Shown piece by piece: positions 28,037 through 36,090 of a stretch of DNA of 45,904 nucleotides (within the stretch, counting starts at the first letter, position 1; each line of letters starts with the position of its first letter). Source of the stretch: a virus (taxonomy: Duplodnaviria > Caudoviricetes); IMG/VR virus record IMGVR_UViG_3300008255_000187, positions 1 through 45,904 of that record, one strand, 5' to 3'. The notes under the pieces are model-generated. The model did no database searches and was not told the origin of the DNA. It saw only the letters and a program-made list of their open reading frames with translations. The position numbers and the translations under genes were made by a program.

Positions 28037-28324
28037 ATGAGTGTACGAGCTTATAAACTAATTGAGATTAAAACAGAGAAAGAACCGACTTTTAATTTGA
28101 ATGAGACAAGGATTGTTATGCTATCAAGTAGCGACGCCGACGGGGTTATGTCTTTTAACAAAGAAAATTTAGAGGACGAGTTAAAGGAGGTCAAGGGGGA
28201 ACTAAAAGACCCGGAGAACCAAGCCCCCAATTGTCAAAGTGAATTGGAGGACGTTAAAATTACCCTGGAGCAAATGATTAAGGAGTGCGGAGACGAGGAT
28301 TATGTAGAGTATTATTGCTATTAA
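28037..28324 (+). CDS. Acidic early hypothetical protein
   Basis: 95 aa; AAAAATGT-ATG start. Confidence 0.75.
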   Translation: MSVRAYKLIEIKTEKEPTFNLNETRIVMLSSSDADGVMSFNKENLEDELKEVKGELKDPENQAPNCQSELEDVKITLEQMIKECGDEDYVEYYCY

Positions 28325-28345
28325 TTTATTTAATAATAAAAATGT

Positions 28346-28609
28346 ATGATTTTATTAGACGACGACAAGGATTATTTTATCCTTATAGACGAGCAAGGGG
28401 CTTGTTTTGCGAGCGGGTGTGTGTTTGAGAGCATTGAGGAAGTGGCCGAGAAGTTTAAAGATTGGGCAGATAGCGACGAGTACGAAGACCCAACGCTAAA
28501 GGATTGGACAATCGGTGATTGTCTAGCCCAGTGGAGTTTTACTTTAAAGGTTTATCACGTCAATGATTTTATTGAAGCCCCGGAGAAGTTTTTAAATTAC
28601 ACGCTTTAA
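28346..28609 (+). CDS. Acidic early hypothetical protein
   Basis: 87 aa; AAAAATGT-ATG start. Confidence 0.75.
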   Translation: MILLDDDKDYFILIDEQGACFASGCVFESIEEVAEKFKDWADSDEYEDPTLKDWTIGDCLAQWSFTLKVYHVNDFIEAPEKFLNYTL

Positions 28610-28629
28610 TTAACTAATATAAAAAATGT

Positions 28630-28869
28630 ATGAAAAAATTAACAATGTTTGTGTGTGCTTTTAGTGGCGAGGAGCCGGACTTTTTTATCTTCTTAGCACC
28701 GGAAGATTGCGACCGGGTTAAAGAATTTAAATACGCCTATAAACACGAAATGGGCGAGAACTATCCGTACGGAGATATTTACCCGGAAATGATTTACAAT
28801 ATCACAACGGCGTACGATTACCGAGGTAAAGGAGACGGCAATTATAACATTAAATTATTTAAAGATTAA
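28630..28869 (+). CDS. Early hypothetical protein
   Basis: 79 aa; AAAAATGT-ATG start. Confidence 0.75.
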   Translation: MKKLTMFVCAFSGEEPDFFIFLAPEDCDRVKEFKYAYKHEMGENYPYGDIYPEMIYNITTAYDYRGKGDGNYNIKLFKD

Positions 28870-28873
28870 TTTT

Positions 28874-29224
28874 ATGACAAGGGCTAACTTAAATTTTATT
28901 TATCAAAATACCGGGGAAGTACCGAAGACGTTATTTTGCTATCACAACGGAGACCAATATCCGAGCGGGCTAATTGACTTTTTTAATGTCAAAGAGCTTT
29001 TTAAGGATATGACCCCGGCTAATTTTAAGAAGTGGATAAAGACTAACTATAACACAACCGCCAAGAAGATAACCCAGCCCAAAATATATTACACCGACGG
29101 CTTTATTACCGATTACTCTTATATTTTTGAGACCGACGGGAGTATTAAAGTTTTTGAATGGGATAAATTAGTTTTTGACGGAGACGCAAAGGCATTTATT
29201 AAAAAATTTAAAACTAAAAAATAA
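28874..29224 (+). CDS. Early hypothetical protein (variant of the YxHxDGYP phage pattern)
   Basis: MTRANL...CYHNGDQYPSG...DYSYIF. Confidence 0.65.
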   Translation: MTRANLNFIYQNTGEVPKTLFCYHNGDQYPSGLIDFFNVKELFKDMTPANFKKWIKTNYNTTAKKITQPKIYYTDGFITDYSYIFETDGSIKVFEWDKLVFDGDAKAFIKKFKTKK

Positions 29225-29228
29225 TTAT

Positions 29229-29615
29229 ATGAAAGTAAAAGATTTAGTTAAGGTATTAAAAGGCCTTGACCAAGACCAATGGATACAATTAGCGAGCGAC
29301 GAAGAATGGAACAATTTGTTTTATGATATTGAGGTGGGACAGAACGGCGAGTATGGGGCTTATGTTTTATTTGGATTGACCGGTAGCGAGGTGGAGAGCT
29401 ATGAAGATATAGCTAATAATAAATACGACCATAATTTAGGGCTATGTATTAATTGTGGTGGCGAAAGAAGCCAAGACCAACCCGACTATTGCGACGATTG
29501 TTTAGAACTAAAAGCCAACGACTGGGACGACGATACGATTATTAAAGCCGTAGCCGAGGGTAAAAATATCCACGAGTTAAAAATAGAAAAGCTAAAGAGT
29601 GGAGAGATTAATTAA
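29229..29615 (+). CDS. Acidic early protein with zinc finger
   Basis: Likely start ATG 29229 (MKVKDLVKVL); CINC...YCDDC. Confidence 0.7.
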   Translation: MKVKDLVKVLKGLDQDQWIQLASDEEWNNLFYDIEVGQNGEYGAYVLFGLTGSEVESYEDIANNKYDHNLGLCINCGGERSQDQPDYCDDCLELKANDWDDDTIIKAVAEGKNIHELKIEKLKSGEIN

Positions 29616-29618
29616 GAC

Positions 29619-29662
29619 TAGACCGCCGGGCAGATTATATCCGCCCCCCGGCTTATTCTTAA
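29619..29662 (+). repeat. Early intergenic hairpin element E4 (divergent)
   Basis: TAGACCG-CC-GGGC(A)GAT-TAT-ATC(C)GCCC-CC-CGGCTTA-TTCTTAA. Confidence 0.7.
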
Positions 29663-29672
29663 CTATAATAAT

Positions 29673-29822
29673 ATGACAGCAAGAGAAAGAAACAAAAAAG
29701 AAGCTTTAATAATGTCTAAACTTGAGGACATATGGACAGAGTTTGAAGAACTTGAGGAGGAAGACGAGGAGAAATATTCCGAGCTTAAAGACAATATAAG
29801 AGAGGTTATTGATAAAATGTAA
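29673..29822 (+). CDS. Small acidic protein (49 aa)
   Basis: MTARERNKKEALIMSKLEDIWTEFEELEEEDEEKYSELKDNIREVIDKM. Confidence 0.65.
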   Translation: MTARERNKKEALIMSKLEDIWTEFEELEEEDEEKYSELKDNIREVIDKM

Positions 29823-29842
29823 TTAACTAATATAAAAAATGT

Positions 29843-30046
29843 ATGAAAAAGATTTACAACGACCAGTCTAATATTTTTGCGGACTGGACAACAAAGCATT
29901 TAAAACAAGAGGCTAAAGAGTATTATAGCCTTATCTATGGCGAGGCTAGTTGCTATGGTACAAGCGACTTGAGAATTTACGACGCTATTTGCCAGGAACT
30001 AGATAGCCGAGGCGTAGTGCTAAAAACTAAATTAGATTTATGCTAG
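29843..30046 (+). CDS. Early hypothetical protein
   Basis: 67 aa; AAAAATGT-ATG start. Confidence 0.7.
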   Translation: MKKIYNDQSNIFADWTTKHLKQEAKEYYSLIYGEASCYGTSDLRIYDAICQELDSRGVVLKTKLDLC

Positions 30047-30115
30047 AGACTATTGCCTTGTGGATTACTATTTTAGCTATGATTTTATCCTTGTTATTAC
30101 TATATAAAAAGTAGC

Positions 30116-30144
30116 TTGACCGACAGAGACAGATTTGATATAAT
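30116..30144 (+). promoter_or_regulatory. Sigma70-type promoter
   Basis: TTGACC-17 nt-TATAAT with extended TG; spacer 13/17 identical to the 25155 promoter. Confidence 0.8.
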
Positions 30145-30155
30145 TAAGAAACAAT

Positions 30156-30323
30156 ATGTACAACCTAACTAATACAATTAAAGACAGGAACAAAGCAATC
30201 ATAAATGATATGATTATGATTGTTTTTGGCCTGGTGATTGCCTGGTTTACTTTTAAAGACTTTATCTTAATGATTTGGAATATACTAACAGGACAGGGGA
30301 GCTTTATTTATTTTATTAACTAA
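30156..30323 (+). CDS. Small membrane protein (55 aa)
   Basis: MYNLTNTIKDRNKAIINDMIMIVFGLVIAWFTFKDFILMIWNIL...; directly after a promoter. Confidence 0.55.
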   Translation: MYNLTNTIKDRNKAIINDMIMIVFGLVIAWFTFKDFILMIWNILTGQGSFIYFIN

Positions 30324-30334
30324 TATAAAAATGT

Positions 30335-30625
30335 ATGAAGAATGCAAAGAAGACTTTAGCGAGAAAACTTTTAAGCAAGGAAGAGGTTAAAAAGAAATGC
30401 CCGATTTTTACGTCGAACAATTGGGATTTGCGAAAGGACGCCAGGGCAACAAAGGTGGCCAATAAAATTGCTAAGACTAAAGCCCGGAAGATTGAGAGAT
30501 TGTCTAAACAAGAAACCGTTAGCAAAAAAGAAACTAAAAAACTATCACCGGCGGAACAAAGACAATTAAAACGTAAGGTTAAAATGATTAAGTTTGCGGA
30601 GAAGATTAAAAAAATAATTAAATAA
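30335..30625 (+). CDS. Highly basic (Lys-rich) hypothetical protein
   Basis: 96 aa; AAAAATGT-ATG start. Confidence 0.7.
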   Translation: MKNAKKTLARKLLSKEEVKKKCPIFTSNNWDLRKDARATKVANKIAKTKARKIERLSKQETVSKKETKKLSPAEQRQLKRKVKMIKFAEKIKKIIK

Positions 30626-30628
30626 TAT

Positions 30629-31003
30629 ATGTTCTGTTCACTATTTATTGCTAGTTGGTTATGTTTTCCACCGCAACCGATAGTGTGCGAGCCAATTTTA
30701 TATGACAAAAAAGCAATCGCTACGGCCTATAACCTTGAACCAGCTCAAACCGATGACTCACCTTGCATTGGAGCCGGGAACCACAATCTCTGTTCAATTC
30801 GAGCAGAAGACCCGAGTAAGTGCATTGTCGCTACTTGGCTGTACCCTCTTCATCGAAAGCTCCTTATTGAAGGATTTGGCGAATGTGAAGTCCTTGACCG
30901 CACTGCCAAAGAATATGGAGGTCGGATTGACATTTTATTTTCCGACTACGAAGAAGCAATCAAGTTTGGCAAAAGAGAGATTAAGTACAAAATAATTAAA
31001 TAA
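30629..31003 (+). CDS. 3D (Asp-Asp-Asp) domain protein, MltA/Sps-like, with signal-like N-terminus
   Basis: ATAY....QTDDSPCI, VAT, VLDRT, GRIDILF, AIKFGKR. Confidence 0.75.
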   Translation: MFCSLFIASWLCFPPQPIVCEPILYDKKAIATAYNLEPAQTDDSPCIGAGNHNLCSIRAEDPSKCIVATWLYPLHRKLLIEGFGECEVLDRTAKEYGGRIDILFSDYEEAIKFGKREIKYKIIK

Positions 31004-31018
31004 TTTAATAATAAATTT

Positions 31019-31252
31019 ATGGCAAAGAATGAAACTTTTGCAAAAATTGTTGAGTGGGTTTATGTAAACGACGGAATGTTTAAGAGTAAAAACGAGTGGC
31101 GAGCGGAGTTTATTAAAATGCTAAGAACTGTTTTATGTTGCGAGGACGATAATTATCTAAGGGATATTTTATCGGGGACACCGGACATGTGCCTATGCAC
31201 CAATATCCCAAATGTCAATTGCCCAAAGCACGGATTTACAAAAACTAATTAA
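31019..31252 (+). CDS. Hypothetical protein
   Basis: 77 aa; C-terminal CxC...CPxH. Confidence 0.6.
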   Translation: MAKNETFAKIVEWVYVNDGMFKSKNEWRAEFIKMLRTVLCCEDDNYLRDILSGTPDMCLCTNIPNVNCPKHGFTKTN

Positions 31253-31259
31253 GATATTT

Positions 31260-31616
31260 ATGAAAAAAGAAAAACTAATTATTATTTGCGTCGCAATTCT
31301 AGCCGTCGCATTTATTTGGAGCCAGGTGGCTAAACAAAACTCAATCGAAAAACAAGCTCAAATGAAGATTGACCAGGAGAATAAAGTACTGGCAATCGAG
31401 AAAGCAGAAAAAGAAAAGATTGCCAATGAGGAACTTATGAACAAGTCTATGCTAAATATCTGCATAGAGAGTGCCGACGAAGCCTATTGGAATTATATGG
31501 AGCTTAATGGGACTGAAAAGGACGACGGCACTATTTGGGCACAAAACAGTGTTTGGGACAGAGCTAAAGATAATAAGAACGACGCAATCGATTTGTGCTA
31601 CAAGAAATATAAATAA
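31260..31616 (+). CDS. Membrane-anchored hypothetical protein
   Basis: Likely start ATG 31260 (MKKEKLIIICVAILAVAFIW); N-terminal TM segment. Confidence 0.7.
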   Translation: MKKEKLIIICVAILAVAFIWSQVAKQNSIEKQAQMKIDQENKVLAIEKAEKEKIANEELMNKSMLNICIESADEAYWNYMELNGTEKDDGTIWAQNSVWDRAKDNKNDAIDLCYKKYK

Positions 31617-31764
31617 AATAAGAAGGCAAGGTGCCTTCTAACGGGACAGGCACGACAAGTATGGGGGTTAACAACACGGAATTGTTGGTTGAATTACTGG
31701 TATCCTCCTAGCAGTTAGCTCCCTTGCCTTCCCGTTTGAGTGCATCTTAACTAATAAAAAATGT

Positions 31765-32259
31765 ATGAAGGAAACTTGGAAGGTAGAAATGAGAACAACT
31801 TGCAAAGAATGTGGAGCACCGCTCCCTAACGCTAGGTTTAGGACGTTTTGTAGTACGAAGTGCCGGACTAAAGCCAATAACAAAAAGGCTAGTGCTTATC
31901 AAACAATTTATCAAAGGAACGCCCGGGACAAGGCCGCCGAAATGCCGAGCGATAAAAAATGCCAGTGCTTAATTTGCGGGAAGTGGTATGTGCAAGTTGG
32001 CTCCCATGTAGTTAACGTCCATAAAATGTTAGCCAGAGATTACCGAGAACATTTTGAACTGGAAGTGAAGCGAGGAACTACTCCGGGTTGGTACCGAAAG
32101 TTAAAAGGTGATACCGCATTGGAGAATGAAACTTTTAAAAATTTAGAAGCGGGGAAAAAATATAGATTTAAAAAGGGAGATAAAGTGGGTGTGTATAAAC
32201 GGTCTCCCATAACACTGGAAAGGCTGAAAAACCAGCATAAAGTACCCGGAAGTTATTAA
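31765..32259 (+). CDS. Zinc-finger protein with Ros/MucR-like C-terminal domain (putative regulator)
   Basis: CKEC...FCSTKC plus CLICGKWY..VGSHV..VH.M..RDYREHFEL. Confidence 0.65.
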   Translation: MKETWKVEMRTTCKECGAPLPNARFRTFCSTKCRTKANNKKASAYQTIYQRNARDKAAEMPSDKKCQCLICGKWYVQVGSHVVNVHKMLARDYREHFELEVKRGTTPGWYRKLKGDTALENETFKNLEAGKKYRFKKGDKVGVYKRSPITLERLKNQHKVPGSY

Positions 32260-32273
32260 CTTTTTATGCACTG

Positions 32274-32302
32274 TTGCCACGATGTCGGCAGTGTTGTATA
32301 AT
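32274..32302 (+). promoter_or_regulatory. Sigma70-type promoter for replication genes
   Basis: TTGCCA-17 nt-TATAAT; overlapped by imperfect inverted repeat CACTGTTG/CGGCAGTG. Confidence 0.7.
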
Positions 32303-32405
32303 AAGAGCAGTTTAGTTTTCCCTGGTCGAAGAAAATTAAAAGATGGCGGTAGCCCGCCAATTAATTAAAACATGATAGTAAATTTCTATCACTAACAATA
32401 AACAT

Positions 32406-33014
32406 ATGGGATTAGACACAAGACAGACAGGAAACTTTATCACTATCTTAGGTGGTAAATTGTGCCAGAGAGTATCGGAAGATACTATCGGTGCAGTGAA
32501 AAGAACTAATAAGTTAGGTAATGTCGTTTATGAAAAATTCTACGACAGCTTTACCGGCAAATTGATTGACATTAAAGTGCAAGATGGTACCTATGGCAAG
32601 ACCTGGAACTTTGTCTTCAAAGACAAAGAGGAACCTTATACCTTGCAACTTTCTTATTCAAACAGCTTCTCGACAGCATTGTTAAAAATGCTTCCTAACC
32701 TCGACCTAACGCATGAGATGAAAATTTCTCCTAGCGTCAAGGAGGTGGATGGGAAAGACAGAAGCTCCTTGTTTATCAATCAAGATGGCAAGACCATTAA
32801 GCATGCTTATTCTCGTGAAAACCCGAATGGTATGCCGGACATGGAACAAGTTACGGTGAAGGGAGTGCTTGTTTGGGACGACACCAAGAGATTGGAGTTC
32901 CTGGACAAAATGGTGCACGAAACAATTATTCCTAAGCTAAGAGCCATTAACGGTGAAGCACCGATAGTCGCTCCTACTAGCGAAGAAATAAAAGTTGAAG
33001 AAGTAGAATTCTAA
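32406..33014 (+). CDS. Putative single-stranded DNA-binding protein
   Basis: 202 aa, beta-rich, acidic C-terminal tail ending in Phe (EEIKVEEVEF), upstream of the primase. Confidence 0.55.
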   Translation: MGLDTRQTGNFITILGGKLCQRVSEDTIGAVKRTNKLGNVVYEKFYDSFTGKLIDIKVQDGTYGKTWNFVFKDKEEPYTLQLSYSNSFSTALLKMLPNLDLTHEMKISPSVKEVDGKDRSSLFINQDGKTIKHAYSRENPNGMPDMEQVTVKGVLVWDDTKRLEFLDKMVHETIIPKLRAINGEAPIVAPTSEEIKVEEVEF

Positions 33015-33031
33015 TAAATAACAGCAAAAAA

Positions 33032-33598
33032 ATGTTTACTAACAATTGGTTCGAAATAACCGGTATAAAAAACTTTGAAAAGTACCTTTCATTATTACCG
33101 TCTAAAGCAGGAGATAAATATTTAGAGGTTGGTTGTTATGAAGGCCAGGCGTCTGTCTGGCTTATGACCAACACTAAGGCTGATTTAACAGTAATAGATA
33201 CTTTTGAAGGAAGCAGAGAACACAATCAAGAGTTTGAAAAAACTCTTCTCGACCGGTTTACTGCTAACATAGAGCCATATAAAGATAGAGTAAAAGTTCT
33301 TGTTGGAACCTCTAGGGAAAAATTAAAAACACTAGAGGCTAACCAATATTCTTTTATCTATATTGATGGCTCTCACCAGGCAAGTGATGTTTTAGAAGAT
33401 GCGGTACTTGCCTTCCCGTTGTTGAAAGAGGGCGGGATAATGATATTTGATGATTATACTTGGGGCGTGGGCATGGGGTATTATGAAATACCAATGCCCG
33501 GGATAGATGCCTTCGTCTCTGTTTACGGAGACCAACTAAAGGTTCTGGAAAAAAACGCTCAAGTAATAATCATGAAGTTAGCAACTCGTCCTCAATAA
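33032..33598 (+). CDS. Class I SAM-dependent methyltransferase (Methyltransf_24-like)
   Basis: YLEVGCYEGQAS, VIDTF, FIYIDGSH, GGIMIFDDY. Confidence 0.88.
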   Translation: MFTNNWFEITGIKNFEKYLSLLPSKAGDKYLEVGCYEGQASVWLMTNTKADLTVIDTFEGSREHNQEFEKTLLDRFTANIEPYKDRVKVLVGTSREKLKTLEANQYSFIYIDGSHQASDVLEDAVLAFPLLKEGGIMIFDDYTWGVGMGYYEIPMPGIDAFVSVYGDQLKVLEKNAQVIIMKLATRPQ

Positions 33599-33746
33599 CA
33601 ACTAAACAAAACTCTCTCGAATATCGAGAGAGAGCAATCCATTAATGGTAAGCGGTAAGACTGGGTTTATACATTCCCCTATTACTACTCGCACCATTGT
33701 GGGTTGCTCTATCTCGATATTACTTAAATAAAAATGTATATAAAAA

Positions 33747-36080
33747 ATGTATATGAAGAACAATTTTTTATCATTCTTCCCCAATTGTAAGTTCCGATAC
33801 TTGGATTTAACTGGTAGCAATAAGCCTCCGGTTTCTTCTGATATCTTGAGGGAAGACTTAAACAAACAGGGCTATGATAGTTTCTTTACCCCTAATGGAT
33901 TTGAAGGAGCGACAGCGGTTAAAGATAACTGTATTAATCTAACGTCGTTTTATATCGACGTTGATAAGAAGCTTTCCGAGGAGGATATCAATAAGATTAA
34001 GGCCAAGCTCGACCCGACTTTTATTATCCAAACAATGAATGGGTTTCATTTCTATTGGTTGCTCGATGAAGTTATTTATAAAGAGGAATTATCTGAAGTA
34101 GAATGGAAGGACGCTGTCTCCAGGTGGGAGAGAATTGAACAGGCGATTGTTTCGGCTTTCCCGGAAGCAGATAAAGCTGTCAAAGATATCCCTAGAATAC
34201 TTCGTGTACCGGGCTCAATCTATTTCAAAAAGACTGACGGGACTTTTAAGATTAAGGGAGTGTACAAACAGGCGAATAATACTTATTCAATGGACGAGGT
34301 TGAGGCTATCTTCCCGGTAGCTCTGGCCCCTCTTAGCCCTTCTGAAGTATCGGTTGATAGAATAAAAAGAATAGCTGACGCTGAAAAGAATAACTTTTTT
34401 GAAAGAGTTAACGAGGAATACCCGATTGAAGAGAGAGACAGTTTTATAAAATTAATTAGTGGTAGCCCGGACTCTCTAATCCCCAGCTTAGGTAGAAATA
34501 ATTCTTTGCATATCACCGCTTGCTTAATGAGACAAGCCGGGTGGAACCAAAACAAAGCCCTAAAACATATTGAAAAGATAGGTTGGCACGGAATGGAGAG
34601 CGAGCCGGGAGGAGCCCAAGAGATATATAACACAATCCGAAGTGCATTCTCTGGCCACTACGCCTACTCCTATAAGAATGATTTGATTTCTTTTAACATG
34701 ACACCGGGAGAAAACCAAAGAATCCAGTTAGCTTATACCAAGGTAATGAAGGATAGGAAGGAGCAGGACAAAGTCCGCTTCTCAAACTACGAGCAAGATA
34801 TTTTAGTTAAACACCCGTACCTACGAAAGAATGAAATTGGAATGATTTTCCAATATCAATCCGGAGTTTACGTCGAACTATCCGACCAAGATATTTCCGA
34901 TATTATTCTCCAGGGGTTATACGACGATATGTTATGGGGCTATCGAACTAAAAAGAATGTCGCTGACAAAGTTGCTTGTTTGTTGTCAATTATCCCTCCT
35001 CTAGCATTGACCGACGATAAAGGGTACATCGCCAATGTAAAAAATGGATTACTTAATATTTATACTAGAGAGCTAATGCCTCACAGACCGGATTTTGTTT
35101 CTTTAATCCAGTACCCAGTTGACTACGACCCTAACGCCACAGCTCCCAATTGGGATAAATGTGTCGGTGAGTGGATGTCGGGGCCGGAGCAGGAAAATAA
35201 AACTAAACTTATTAAACAGTTTTGTGGATACTGCCTATCCTCCTCGATGCTTTATGACCGTGCCTTATTTATGGTTGGTGATGGTGGAAACGGTAAGTCG
35301 ACTTTCATCGATACCATTGCTATGGTTATCGGCCCAAAGGCAACCTCTAGCATTGACCTCGAAGCTCTTTATGGAACTTTCGGAATGCACGGGTTGATAG
35401 GCAAGAGACTAAATGTTATTGAAGAGGTGCACGGAAATTATTATCAGAGTAATAAGCTGAAGAAATTAATATCCGGTGAACAAATTACTATTGATATTAA
35501 ATACAAACCTCAATTTACTTTTAGACCCCAAGTTAAATTTGCCTTCTCGGTAAACATGCTCCCAAGAGTTGACGATAACTCCACTGCCACTGAACGAAGA
35601 ATGCTAGCCGTCCAATTCTTAAACAATTATAGAGATAAGCCAAACTATGAACTTCGCTCTAGCGTAGGGCTATTAGCCCAGGAGCTTTCCGGAGTACTGA
35701 ACTGGATGATTGAAGGGGCGATAGATTTATCCAATGATGGGAAATTTGTTACTACTGAAGAGCAGTTAAGAATGCTCGATGAGTACCGGGAAGAGAACTC
35801 TTCTGTTGAAGGCTTCCTCTCCCAGTGTATTGCTCTTAATGAATTTACTTCTATCGACACCCCGACTTTATATGAAGAGTATAAAATATGGAGTATGTCC
35901 GATGGCGGAAGAAAAGTGAAAGCTAACATTACATTTACAAAAGAAGTCAAAGCCTACGGAGCCAAGGGAAATAGATTTACTTATGAACCTAGAACCAGCG
36001 GCCATAACGAATCTCGCTTTGTGGGGATTGAACTAACCCCTCAATGGAAAGCACAGAGAAATAATCAATCAAGATATTAA
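33747..36080 (+). CDS. Primase-helicase (RepB-type AEP primase fused to D5/P4-family SF3 helicase)
   Basis: FYIDVD, QTMNGFHFYWLL, DIPRILRVPG; NVKNGLLN (D5_N); Walker A GDGGNGKST; start may be ATG 33753. Confidence 0.9.
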   Translation: MYMKNNFLSFFPNCKFRYLDLTGSNKPPVSSDILREDLNKQGYDSFFTPNGFEGATAVKDNCINLTSFYIDVDKKLSEEDINKIKAKLDPTFIIQTMNGFHFYWLLDEVIYKEELSEVEWKDAVSRWERIEQAIVSAFPEADKAVKDIPRILRVPGSIYFKKTDGTFKIKGVYKQANNTYSMDEVEAIFPVALAPLSPSEVSVDRIKRIADAEKNNFFERVNEEYPIEERDSFIKLISGSPDSLIPSLGRNNSLHITACLMRQAGWNQNKALKHIEKIGWHGMESEPGGAQEIYNTIRSAFSGHYAYSYKNDLISFNMTPGENQRIQLAYTKVMKDRKEQDKVRFSNYEQDILVKHPYLRKNEIGMIFQYQSGVYVELSDQDISDIILQGLYDDMLWGYRTKKNVADKVACLLSIIPPLALTDDKGYIANVKNGLLNIYTRELMPHRPDFVSLIQYPVDYDPNATAPNWDKCVGEWMSGPEQENKTKLIKQFCGYCLSSSMLYDRALFMVGDGGNGKSTFIDTIAMVIGPKATSSIDLEALYGTFGMHGLIGKRLNVIEEVHGNYYQSNKLKKLISGEQITIDIKYKPQFTFRPQVKFAFSVNMLPRVDDNSTATERRMLAVQFLNNYRDKPNYELRSSVGLLAQELSGVLNWMIEGAIDLSNDGKFVTTEEQLRMLDEYREENSSVEGFLSQCIALNEFTSIDTPTLYEEYKIWSMSDGGRKVKANITFTKEVKAYGAKGNRFTYEPRTSGHNESRFVGIELTPQWKAQRNNQSRY

Positions 36081-36090
36081 CTAAAAATGT

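Noticed and set aside
25564-29662. Early hairpin repeats as a CRISPR array or integron
   Set aside because: Spacing is gene-sized and irregular, repeat interiors vary, and no cas operon or integron integrase is present; kept only as an analogy
31621-31740. tRNA gene in the structured intergenic regions (also 33612-33721 and 10267-10335)
   Set aside because: No cloverleaf or T-loop GTTCRA motif visible; a tRNAscan-SE/ARAGORN run would confirm
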